Positions 16,326-23,964 of a DNA stretch of 32,000 nucleotides are shown in pieces. The stretch's first letter is position 1. Each line of letters starts with the position of its first letter. Source of the stretch: Balneolaceae bacterium. GTDB lineage: Bacteria; Bacteroidota; Rhodothermia; Balneolales; Balneolaceae. The stretch spans positions 814,194 through 846,193 of the forward strand of contig JAXMOK010000001.1 of NCBI GenBank assembly GCA_034669965.1, given 5' to 3'. Below the pieces are notes generated by a model. That model had not been told where the DNA came from. It made no database searches and worked only from the letters and a program-made list of their open reading frames with translations. A program made the position numbers and the translations under genes.

Positions 16326-17376
16326 CCTTATTGTATGTTATTCTATCGTTGTTGCTAAGCCGAAGCTCCTCGCCGGATAATATGAGACTTGTATAAAACG
16401 AGAGACCTAAGTTTTTACTCATATTAAACATGATTCCGGGACGGGCCGTAAACATTTCACCTTTTACATTACTAAGGGGAAACTGAACACTGGTATTCAA
16501 GTACACTACCATTCTGTAATTATCAATATCTTCATTTATTTCAGGTGAAAGCGCTTGAAAGTACGTCAAGCCAAAATTTAGTAAGAACAAATTAAATTCA
16601 TCGTCACGGCGCGCGCGTAATATATTTAACCCACCTGTAAAACCGATATATGCACTATTATCTCGATTTAATGGTTGCCGATATGTAAAATTGGCTGAAT
16701 AAGTTAATATTGGATTACTAAATGATGTATCCTGATTTGCAAATGATGTGTCGGCTCTGAATTTTGAATCCGTTTGCATAGACCCTGCTCCTACTTTTAA
16801 TATAAGAGTTTGGCCTTTATCTAGTATTTCCACCACTTCAAAGGGATTTGCAATAAAGCTTTTTGTCCACACAATTTCTCGTGAACGAGGATTCATTATT
16901 CTAATCGACAATATCAATCCGTCAGGGTTACGACGCTGTAAACCAACTTCAATTAGGCCGTTAACACCATACTTTTCAGTAATTTCAGTCAGAAATTCTG
17001 GCGAAACATCAGCAAGTGATCTTCCTTGAATATTTAATATCTGAAGAGTGCTATCGTTCCCCATAATTTTCATCTTATCATTGGGTTCAAGCTCTGGGGG
17101 CGAAAGTACGGTTATACCCGCATACGTTCGCAGTGATGACTCAATCTCGCTTCTGATAAATTCAACCTCTTGAACCGTAAAACGCATTGCGTTATAGTTC
17201 ATTTTATAAACAGCAACGCGCCGAATATTCGCTGGTATGTCGCTCAATTGATCTACCATTTGATTAGTGATCAATCCCATCTGATATGGCACACCTTCTT
17301 CATGGGTTTGTGCCTGTAAATTTTCTACTAAACTAGTAGTTAGTATCAGAAAACTAAACAGTACTACTCTTTTCAT
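16291..17376 (-). CDS. Two-domain outer-membrane protein: periplasmic N-domain (CsgG/FlgO/LpoB-like pattern) plus C-terminal beta-barrel
   Basis: 361 aa. Signal peptide MKRVVLFSFLILTTSLVENLQAQ. The N-half (IRRVAVYKMNYN...GVNGLIEVGLQRR..LILSIRIMNPRSREIVWTKSF) has the pattern seen in CsgG/FlgO-type periplasmic domains. The C-half has alternating hydrophobic strands and ends in the OMP-type terminal HAVVRF. The start lies 2 nt after the upstream stop, with an AGAGGG SD-like element. Confidence 0.6.
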   Translation of the reverse strand: MKRVVLFSFLILTTSLVENLQAQTHEEGVPYQMGLITNQMVDQLSDIPANIRRVAVYKMNYNAMRFTVQEVEFIRSEIESSLRTYAGITVLSPPELEPNDKMKIMGNDSTLQILNIQGRSLADVSPEFLTEITEKYGVNGLIEVGLQRRNPDGLILSIRIMNPRSREIVWTKSFIANPFEVVEILDKGQTLILKVGAGSMQTDSKFRADTSFANQDTSFSNPILTYSANFTYRQPLNRDNSAYIGFTGGLNILRARRDDEFNLFLLNFGLTYFQALSPEINEDIDNYRMVVYLNTSVQFPLSNVKGEMFTARPGIMFNMSKNLGLSFYTSLILSGEELRLSNNDRITYNKVGYGVHAVVRF

Positions 17377-17378
17377 TG

Positions 17379-19325
17379 CTAGCCCTCTGTCTTCATTTTT
17401 CGACGTACAGCATACAATACAGTCTTCTGAGCATCTTCGATTGCTGCTTTTGGTACTTCAGCAGGATTATCAACCTCCGACAATATCAGCTGTTGCTCAC
17501 GTTTCGGCCGAACTTTAAGAATTTTTTCCCTCACAGTAGCGGGTGCCGTTTTAAGTGCGAGAATTAACGTTTCGGTAGGAATATCCTCTAGGGCACTTTG
17601 TACAAAATCGTCTTTAACTTTCGGTAGATCATCAAAACCGATAAAGAATTTCTTAATACGCTTAGCCAAGTTTAAATCTTGTTCGGCAATCGAACGCACA
17701 TAATCGTCTTGCTCAGACAATGGCATAGTTTCTAGAGTAGTAAGAATCGAATCGATACCATCGGCAGCTACATATTTCATATCCGATACAGATAGCGCTT
17801 TATTAGAGAAATGAGCAGCAACTTTTTTATACACCGAAATTGGAATATTATTGATCTTACCCATTTTTAGCAGAATAGAAATCCTTTTTTGTTCATCCAT
17901 TTTCTGAAGGATAACACCGGCTCTTTCCCCAGCAATTTGAGCTAACAATATTGCTACTAATTCATCCGACTCTTCTTTAATGAGGTGCAATAATTGCACA
18001 TCGGTAAGTTGATACACAAAATCGAATAGACTTGAGCCGGAGTCAGCCGTACCATTCTTAGAATTAACCTGCTGAAGACTTCTTCTCAAAGCTTTAACTT
18101 CGTCTATCCTTTCATCGATTGGAATAGATTCTAGGTTTTGAATGGAATATTTAACCGATTCATAGTGCTCCACTTTCAAATGTGGTTCCAGTACATTGAG
18201 CAATTTCTCATCAACACTATTTAATGCTCGAGCCGATCTTATTATTCCCTGCTCATCATCACTAGCAATCCATTGCCCAACTAAATCTGCAACTTTATCT
18301 GGATGACTAATGCATGAATTTGTCACAAACGTTTTATCCTCTTCATGCTGAGCTAATGTTTTAGCATCTGGACCTTTAGGTTCTTCTTTTGTTTCAGTAG
18401 CAGGCATTACAGAAGCGACCTCATATCCAGGCATTGGTTGCATTCTATAATCTTCATCCCTTTTCGAAGGGCGACGTAATAATGCAATTAACAATGCAAT
18501 CAAAAATAAAACACCTAATATTGCTATCACATAAATCAAATGCTGTGGGTTGTTCCAATCAATGCCAAGAAACATGTTCTTTTCTAGCTCAGCTGTTTGT
18601 TGTTGATTTAAAGCCGGATCTAGCATTTCTATCTGTGGCTCTTCCTCATCTGAGTCATCCTTAGTATTTGCTTGGCGGTTTTGAGCATCCTGTTGAATAG
18701 CACGGGCACTTCTTGGAAATACTTTTTTCTCAACCGTTACTATATCGCCACGAAATGGATCCGCATTTGCAATTAAAGACGTGGCCTCTTCAACAAATTC
18801 AACATCTTCATCACTATACGATGTATCAACAAGGACTTTAATGTTTAAGCGGGTCAGCCTGAAACGAGCATCAAACCCGGAGGCTTTTAAACTATCGGTT
18901 GTTCCATTTGTAGACCTTTGAAGATTAGGTGGCACAAACGGAAGACCGGGTAGATTTTCGATACGCACAGGCTCTTCACCTTCGATCACTTCGTATCCTC
19001 TTGGAACCAGCACACGTTCAAGCGAAGCTTTCGCATCTACTATAAACGTACCACGCCGATAATAATCGGAAAGAGCGTTATTTAAAATTACCTCGTAATA
19101 CTGCTCATACTTAGCAGCTTCCTCCTGAACATCGGTAGATACTACCTGTCCGGGTAATGTTTGGGCAATAATACCAGTGCTTAAACAGGTAAATACCAGT
19201 ACTAATAGCCATTTTTGTTTTTTCCCAACCATTTCAAACCCCTGTAGAGTAAGTTGATGCCTGTAGTTTTGAATTTTTTTACGAAAAGAGACTAAGTATG
19301 CAGAAAATTTTAGAGTTTTCCACAT
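17379..19325 (-). CDS. Bitopic inner-membrane protein with a periplasmic FliF/RBM-like region fused to a cytoplasmic full-length FliG-like domain
   Basis: 648 aa. TM/signal anchor at aa ~38-55 (KKQKWLLVLVFTCLSTGIIAQ). Periplasmic region aa ~56-261. TM2 at aa 262-284 (HLIYVIAILGVLFLIALLIALLRR). Cytoplasmic aa ~340-648 align by eye with FliG N/M/C domains: FDFVYQLTDVQLLHLIKEESDELVAILLAQIAGERAGVILQKMDEQKRISILLKM, FFIGFDDLPKVKDDFVQSALEDIPTETLILALKTAPATVREKILKVRPKREQQLILSEVDNPAEVPKAAIEDAQKTVLYAVRRK. An alternative start at M32 (19232) has a better GGGG RBS. Confidence 0.75.
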   Translation of the reverse strand: MWKTLKFSAYLVSFRKKIQNYRHQLTLQGFEMVGKKQKWLLVLVFTCLSTGIIAQTLPGQVVSTDVQEEAAKYEQYYEVILNNALSDYYRRGTFIVDAKASLERVLVPRGYEVIEGEEPVRIENLPGLPFVPPNLQRSTNGTTDSLKASGFDARFRLTRLNIKVLVDTSYSDEDVEFVEEATSLIANADPFRGDIVTVEKKVFPRSARAIQQDAQNRQANTKDDSDEEEPQIEMLDPALNQQQTAELEKNMFLGIDWNNPQHLIYVIAILGVLFLIALLIALLRRPSKRDEDYRMQPMPGYEVASVMPATETKEEPKGPDAKTLAQHEEDKTFVTNSCISHPDKVADLVGQWIASDDEQGIIRSARALNSVDEKLLNVLEPHLKVEHYESVKYSIQNLESIPIDERIDEVKALRRSLQQVNSKNGTADSGSSLFDFVYQLTDVQLLHLIKEESDELVAILLAQIAGERAGVILQKMDEQKRISILLKMGKINNIPISVYKKVAAHFSNKALSVSDMKYVAADGIDSILTTLETMPLSEQDDYVRSIAEQDLNLAKRIKKFFIGFDDLPKVKDDFVQSALEDIPTETLILALKTAPATVREKILKVRPKREQQLILSEVDNPAEVPKAAIEDAQKTVLYAVRRKMKTEG

Positions 19326-19479
19326 CTTTCTTCAAAAAACTACATAATTCTACCTATAAAATTCTACTCAATATCACTATATCAAACCAATATGTTGTTA
19401 AAATGCACTAAATAGACATTATTTTTGCCGAATTATCCACATTTTAAAATTTATTGTGTTTTCGGAGGCAAGTATAGCA

Positions 19480-20745
19480 CTAGTTCTGTCTAGGCATCGA
19501 TTTTAGTACTAAATTTGCCAACTTTTCTTCCAGATACGCCTTTTCACATCGGGTTTTGCTATAATCTATCGCTACCACATAATATGATTTAGCTTTTTCA
19601 AATTCTCCAATTTTTGCATGAACTCTACCTAATGCAGCAAATAACAAAGAAAACTGAACTGAGGACTTCGACTTCAATTTCTTTAAAAGAGTCAGGCTTT
19701 TTTCTACTTCTCCGTATTCACATAGGGCGATTGCTAAACTAGTTTCAACTTGAATCGAATCATCGAAAGAAAGTAACCGTTGGTACAAATCTATGATTCT
19801 CTCCCAATCGGTATCGCTATAGGAATTGGCAGTACTGTGAATTGCAGCAATACCAGACTCAATGTGAAATCTACTTAACCTTTCTGTTATTCTTGATAAT
19901 TTTTGGTGTACTAGTCCTCTGTGAATGAGCTCTCTGTGCCAAAGTTTACGGTTTTGGTCTTCTATACTAATAGGTATCCCTTTGTCATCTACTCTTGCTT
20001 CAAAGCGAGCGAATTGAAATAACATTAAAGCAAATAATGCGTGTGTAGATGCATTGCAAAGAGTTTTATCATCAATAACCCACTCCGTTAATCGCATTGC
20101 TTCGAAACAAATATCGGCATTTACTTCGCTCTCGCTGTTTGAGGTTGAATATCCTTCGTTAAACATCAGATACAGAACCATTTCTACAATGGGTAAACGC
20201 TGTTGTAAATCCTTATCTGTGAGTTCTAGAAAATAGTTCTGATGTTCTTTTAACGTGATTTTTGCTCTATAAATCGCTTTCCTAACCGCTGCAGGCTCCA
20301 TAAAAAAGGCGTTCGCAATTTCTTTATCTCCAAAACCACATACCATTTTTAAAGTGAGCATAATTTGAGATTTAACAGCCAATAATGGGCTACAACAACC
20401 AAATAGTGCTTTTAGCTGAATGGCTTTTTCTTGATGATAAACCGCCCCTATTAAATCAGATTCTTCTTCAATAATTGGTACTAACTTTTTATTTAGTTCT
20501 TTGTGTCGGCCTTTTTTGTTTAACTCATTTATAGTTTTGTTCGTAGCCACTTTCATCAACCAAGCTTCAGGATTCTCGGGAATCCCCTTCATCCCCCAAA
20601 GCCGAAGTGCGGTATAAAATGTGTCTTGAATTGAATCCTCTATCAATTCTGCATTATTGAACCCAAACTTACCAATTAATATAGAAGCCATCTTTCCAGA
20701 CTGTTGCCTGAAAAGATGGTCGAATAGATGGTTTGCTACCTTCAT
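19480..20745 (-). CDS. ECF sigma factor with C-terminal TPR-like extension (ECF42-type)
   Basis: Sigma-70 region 2 (IEDSIQDTFYTALRLWGMKGIPENPEAWLMKVATNKTINELNKKGRH), a region 4-like segment (GFGDKEIANAFFMEPAAVRKAIYRAKITLK) and a ~200-aa helical/TPR-like tail. I chose the ATG at 20745, which forms an ATGA overlap with the stop of the upstream YciI-like gene. The track start at 20808 would overlap that gene by 67 nt. Confidence 0.75.
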   Translation of the reverse strand: MKVANHLFDHLFRQQSGKMASILIGKFGFNNAELIEDSIQDTFYTALRLWGMKGIPENPEAWLMKVATNKTINELNKKGRHKELNKKLVPIIEEESDLIGAVYHQEKAIQLKALFGCCSPLLAVKSQIMLTLKMVCGFGDKEIANAFFMEPAAVRKAIYRAKITLKEHQNYFLELTDKDLQQRLPIVEMVLYLMFNEGYSTSNSESEVNADICFEAMRLTEWVIDDKTLCNASTHALFALMLFQFARFEARVDDKGIPISIEDQNRKLWHRELIHRGLVHQKLSRITERLSRFHIESGIAAIHSTANSYSDTDWERIIDLYQRLLSFDDSIQVETSLAIALCEYGEVEKSLTLLKKLKSKSSVQFSLLFAALGRVHAKIGEFEKAKSYYVVAIDYSKTRCEKAYLEEKLANLVLKSMPRQN

Positions 20746-21086
20746 TTCATTTCGATATGCATAACCGGCCGAATTTCTACCGATCCCCCTAAATTTAATA
20801 TTGGGCATCCTTTTGAGAGTTCGGTTGCTTCTGCAAGGCTGTTCGCTTTAATGATATAAAAACCACTTACCAGTTCTTTTGCCTCGATGTATGGGCCATC
20901 AGTAACCATTCTATCTTTCCCGTGAACAGAAAACGCATCACCTTCTAATGGTTCGCCAGAATCGTAGTGGTCGCCAAGCTCCGCTATCCATTGTCCGTGT
21001 GCATTTATCTCGTTTTGGTATTCCTCAGGCGTCATATTTGCGTAACTATCACCTGATTCAAATAAAATGAGCATATATTTATTCAT
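20742..21086 (-). CDS. YciI/DGPF (YCII-related) domain protein
   Basis: MNKYMLILFESGD...VTDGPYIEAKELVSGFYIIKANSLAEATELSKGCPIL is typical of YCII-related domain proteins. Start chosen at 21086 because AAGGAG lies 7 nt upstream. The track start at 21116 would add 10 aa. Confidence 0.75.
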   Translation of the reverse strand: MNKYMLILFESGDSYANMTPEEYQNEINAHGQWIAELGDHYDSGEPLEGDAFSVHGKDRMVTDGPYIEAKELVSGFYIIKANSLAEATELSKGCPILNLGGSVEIRPVMHIEMK

Positions 21087-21169
21087 CTCGTCTCCTTTTT
21101 TAATATTGATGTACACCCGTAATACAATTGAATGAAAGGAAACGGGACATCACTTAAAAATGCAATGTC

Positions 21170-21583
21170 ATGAATATCAGTATCTCAACTTCGCCTTCGA
21201 CCGAAGAAATCGACCAACTGCGTGCAGCACTTCGGGCCTTCAATCAGTCGGTGACCGGGCAATCTGAGTATCATCAAATTTATATTAAAGCAGAAGACGA
21301 TAAAAATGCTTTGATTGGCGGAGTTTTTGGCAAAATTGCCTGGCAATGGTTATACATTGATTTATTGTGGGTTCATCCTAATTATCGTAAAAGTGGTTTA
21401 GGATCAACTTTAATGAATAGTATCGAAAAGGAAGCGAATAAGAAATCGGTGTATGCTTACTACTTAAGCACCAGTAGCTTTCAAGCTCCTGTATTTTATC
21501 AAAAACTAGGATATCAAATCTGTGGTGAGATTAAGGACTTACCACCCGGTTACATTACCTATTATTTAAAAAAACAGGCTTAA
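21170..21583 (+). CDS. GNAT-family N-acetyltransferase
   Basis: 137 aa. Acetyl-CoA-binding motif A region LYIDLLWVHPNYRKSGLGSTLMNSIEKEA. Confidence 0.75.
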   Translation: MNISISTSPSTEEIDQLRAALRAFNQSVTGQSEYHQIYIKAEDDKNALIGGVFGKIAWQWLYIDLLWVHPNYRKSGLGSTLMNSIEKEANKKSVYAYYLSTSSFQAPVFYQKLGYQICGEIKDLPPGYITYYLKKQA

Positions 21584-23415
21584 GGTTTAACTAGTGCTAC
21601 CATTGCCTTTTGTAAATCTGCCGGATTGAATGGCTTTGTGACATAATCGTTCATGCCACAATCAAAAACTTGAACCTTTACCTCTTTAAGTGCTGCAGCG
21701 GTTAAAGCGATTACCGGAACTTTGCTTTTTTCATGATTCTCCATGCCACGTATTAATGCCGTGGCTTCGTAGCCGTCCATCACCGGCATTTGCAAATCCA
21801 TCAATACTAAATCGAAGTTTTCTTTTTTAATTGCATCGACAGCTTCTTGCCCATTATCAACTACTTTCAAGTCGATTTCCCAGCGTTCAAGGAAACGATT
21901 CATCACTGTTTGATTTACGATATTATCCTCAGCCAAAAGTACACGTTTACCTCGTAATGAGGCTACATCTGAGTCGATTACATTCTCAGGCGAACTATTT
22001 AGCGCATTTTCATCACCTTTCTCGAAAGTTAGGGTTGCTGTAAATGTTGTACCTTTACCTTCTTCACTATCTAATTGTAAAACGCCCCCTTGCAGTTCGG
22101 TAAGCTCTTTGCTTATGGCAAGCCCTAATCCTGTTCCGCCATACAAGCGTTTAGTACTTCCACTTGCTTGTGTAAAGCTATCAAAGATAGTATCAATTCT
22201 ATCAGCTGGAATACCAATCCCGGTATCTTTTACTGTGAAAGCTATTGCAACATTGTCGTTCGTTTCAATACTCTTTTTCACCTCAAGTAACACAAAGCCT
22301 TGTGCGGTAAACTTTACTGCGTTACTCATTAAATTATTGATGATTTGAGTAAGCCGTGCCGGATCGCCAATTAACACTTTGTGAATATCGTCTTCGATTT
22401 CACTTTTTAGCTCAATCTTTTTATTCGCTGCCGATACTTTGAACGATTCAATGATTGATCCTAGCAGGCGTTCCAGGTCGAATTCTGTGCGCTCAAATTC
22501 GATCTTTCCGGCTTCTATTTTAGAGATATCAAGTACATCATCGATAAGAGTAAGAAGCGTTTTGCCGGAGAAATCAAGAATATTAAGTGGTTCTAACTGG
22601 TCTTCTCTTGGCTCATCTTTTCTCAACATGTGCGTCATCCCCATTATGGCGTTCATTGGGGTTCTGATTTCGTGGCTCATTGTAGCCAGAAACTCAGATT
22701 TTGCTTTCGTATTATGTTCGAGTTGCTTTCGTGCTTCCTCCAGCTCGACAATATATTTTTCCAGCTTTTTTTGGTTAATTGCCAGCTGTTTATTGAGTTC
22801 AATCTCTTTTTCAAGCAGCTCGGATGTTTTACTTTCTGCCGATTCTTTGAACTCTGAGAATGTATTAAATATGAGCCATGTGGTAACAAATGCCGCTGTG
22901 AGTACACTCCAACGGATGATATTGTATCCATCTTCTGAAATCGCAACCTGATCAAATATGACGTAATCTAAAATGATATACGACAATGCTGAGATAAGAA
23001 TAGAAAAATTGCGAAGTTTAATATTGGTGGTATCGAACAGTAAGATCGAAAGCCCCATCGTTGGGATAAAGAATGCTTGTATCAATGCTTCATTACCAAA
23101 TACCGAGCTGAGTACAATTATGCCAATATCGATATAAATGATATGCAACATCTTGGCTGTATTCACATAGCCCTGACGAGCAAGAATAGGGATTAAACCA
23201 AAGGCGAGTGCTTCTGAAAGAAAGAACCAGGTTAGAGAAACTGAATCGTTGAAATGAAAAGGAATCAAAAAAACGACACAAACTAAAAGCAGAAAAAACG
23301 ATACCCGATTCATTATTTTGATACCGGGCGGTACAATATCTTCCAAAGGATCGCCAAAAAATTTGCCATCCTTTTTAATTGATCCTATGCCTGTAAGTGA
23401 GAATTTGTGTTCCAT
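21580..23415 (-). CDS. Hybrid sensor histidine kinase/response regulator with a multi-TM N-terminal sensor
   Basis: 611 aa. About 5-6 TM helices and a coiled coil. HisKA H-box ATMSHEIRTPMNAIMGM. HATPase_c N/G boxes (NLMSNAVKFT, DTGIGI, GGTGLGLAIS). Receiver domain (VLLAEDNIVNQ...DLVLMDLQMPVMDG...ALTA...K). A possible alternative start is M35, at 23313. Confidence 0.85.
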   Translation of the reverse strand: MEHKFSLTGIGSIKKDGKFFGDPLEDIVPPGIKIMNRVSFFLLLVCVVFLIPFHFNDSVSLTWFFLSEALAFGLIPILARQGYVNTAKMLHIIYIDIGIIVLSSVFGNEALIQAFFIPTMGLSILLFDTTNIKLRNFSILISALSYIILDYVIFDQVAISEDGYNIIRWSVLTAAFVTTWLIFNTFSEFKESAESKTSELLEKEIELNKQLAINQKKLEKYIVELEEARKQLEHNTKAKSEFLATMSHEIRTPMNAIMGMTHMLRKDEPREDQLEPLNILDFSGKTLLTLIDDVLDISKIEAGKIEFERTEFDLERLLGSIIESFKVSAANKKIELKSEIEDDIHKVLIGDPARLTQIINNLMSNAVKFTAQGFVLLEVKKSIETNDNVAIAFTVKDTGIGIPADRIDTIFDSFTQASGSTKRLYGGTGLGLAISKELTELQGGVLQLDSEEGKGTTFTATLTFEKGDENALNSSPENVIDSDVASLRGKRVLLAEDNIVNQTVMNRFLERWEIDLKVVDNGQEAVDAIKKENFDLVLMDLQMPVMDGYEATALIRGMENHEKSKVPVIALTAAALKEVKVQVFDCGMNDYVTKPFNPADLQKAMVALVKP

Positions 23416-23455
23416 TAGCTCCTTATGGAAAACATATTATAAAAAATCGATTAAC

Positions 23456-23881
23456 CTAGCTAACAAGTTTTGATTTATATGCCATTGCATAAATTTTCAT
23501 TTGTTTTACCATACTTGCTAATCCATTGGCTCTGGTTGGTGAGAGATGCTCCGCTAGCCCTATTTGTTTCAAAAAATCAGGTTTATGAGACAGAATATCG
23601 TCAGGGGTTTGTCCCGAATATACTCGAATCATCAACGCAACCAATCCTTTGGTTATAGCAGCATCGCTATCTGCGGCAAACATTATTCTATCCCCTTCCA
23701 AATGAGCCGTAAGCCATACTTGGCTTTGGCATCCTTTTACCAGATTCTCATTTTTGTGATCTTCTTCGGGTAATACTTCTAGTTTCGAACCCAGTTTTAT
23801 GATGTGTTTGTACTTATCGGTCCAGTCTTCAAACAAACTGAATTCTTTAATTATTCTTTCTTGGGTTTCGTTGATGGTCAT
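23456..23881 (-). CDS. sufE: SufE-family sulfur acceptor protein
   Basis: 141 aa. Conserved active-site region LVKGCQSQVWL and overall SufE/BolA-adjacent-type length. Confidence 0.75.
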   Translation of the reverse strand: MTINETQERIIKEFSLFEDWTDKYKHIIKLGSKLEVLPEEDHKNENLVKGCQSQVWLTAHLEGDRIMFAADSDAAITKGLVALMIRVYSGQTPDDILSHKPDFLKQIGLAEHLSPTRANGLASMVKQMKIYAMAYKSKLVS

Positions 23882-23916
23882 AAGTAATTTGAGTCAATTT
23901 CTTCAATCCACAATAT

Positions 23917-23940
23917 AAAAAAAGCCCACATCAGTGAGCT
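23917..23940 (-). terminator. Rho-independent terminator after the PAS gene
   Basis: On the minus strand, AGCTCAC-TGAT-GTGGGCT forms a 7-bp stem with one G-U pair (plus-strand 23923-23940), followed by TTTTTTTAT. Confidence 0.6.
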
Positions 23941-23964
23941 TATTTAATCCGGAGTTTTCGGATT

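Noticed and set aside
11205-19325. The impression that the motor-like operon is more AT-rich than its flanks, which could indicate a horizontally acquired island.
   Set aside because: This rests on hand counts of a few 60-nt lines: ~32-40% GC inside the operon versus ~45-52% in the GH109-like and mutase genes. That is far too little sampling. No integrase, tRNA, direct repeats or other island boundaries are visible. It needs a sliding-window GC and codon-usage calculation.
21580-21583. Convergent GNAT and histidine-kinase genes whose stop codons overlap on opposite strands (TTAA), with no terminator between them.
   Set aside because: It is real in the sequence, but it is a common compact-genome arrangement with no evident functional implication.
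22439-22951. A 170-aa plus-strand ORF, and the other 60-110-aa ORFs antisense or out of frame within long genes. Examples: 2020-2319, 2665-2892, 5636-5863, 7875-8183, 12582-12782, 16748-17029, 18434-18664, 27441-27776, 29543-29791, 31559-31933.
   Set aside because: Each is fully embedded in a well-supported CDS with clear family motifs. The products are Ser/Leu/Ile-rich nonsense typical of antisense frames in AT-rich DNA. None has an independent RBS or motif support.
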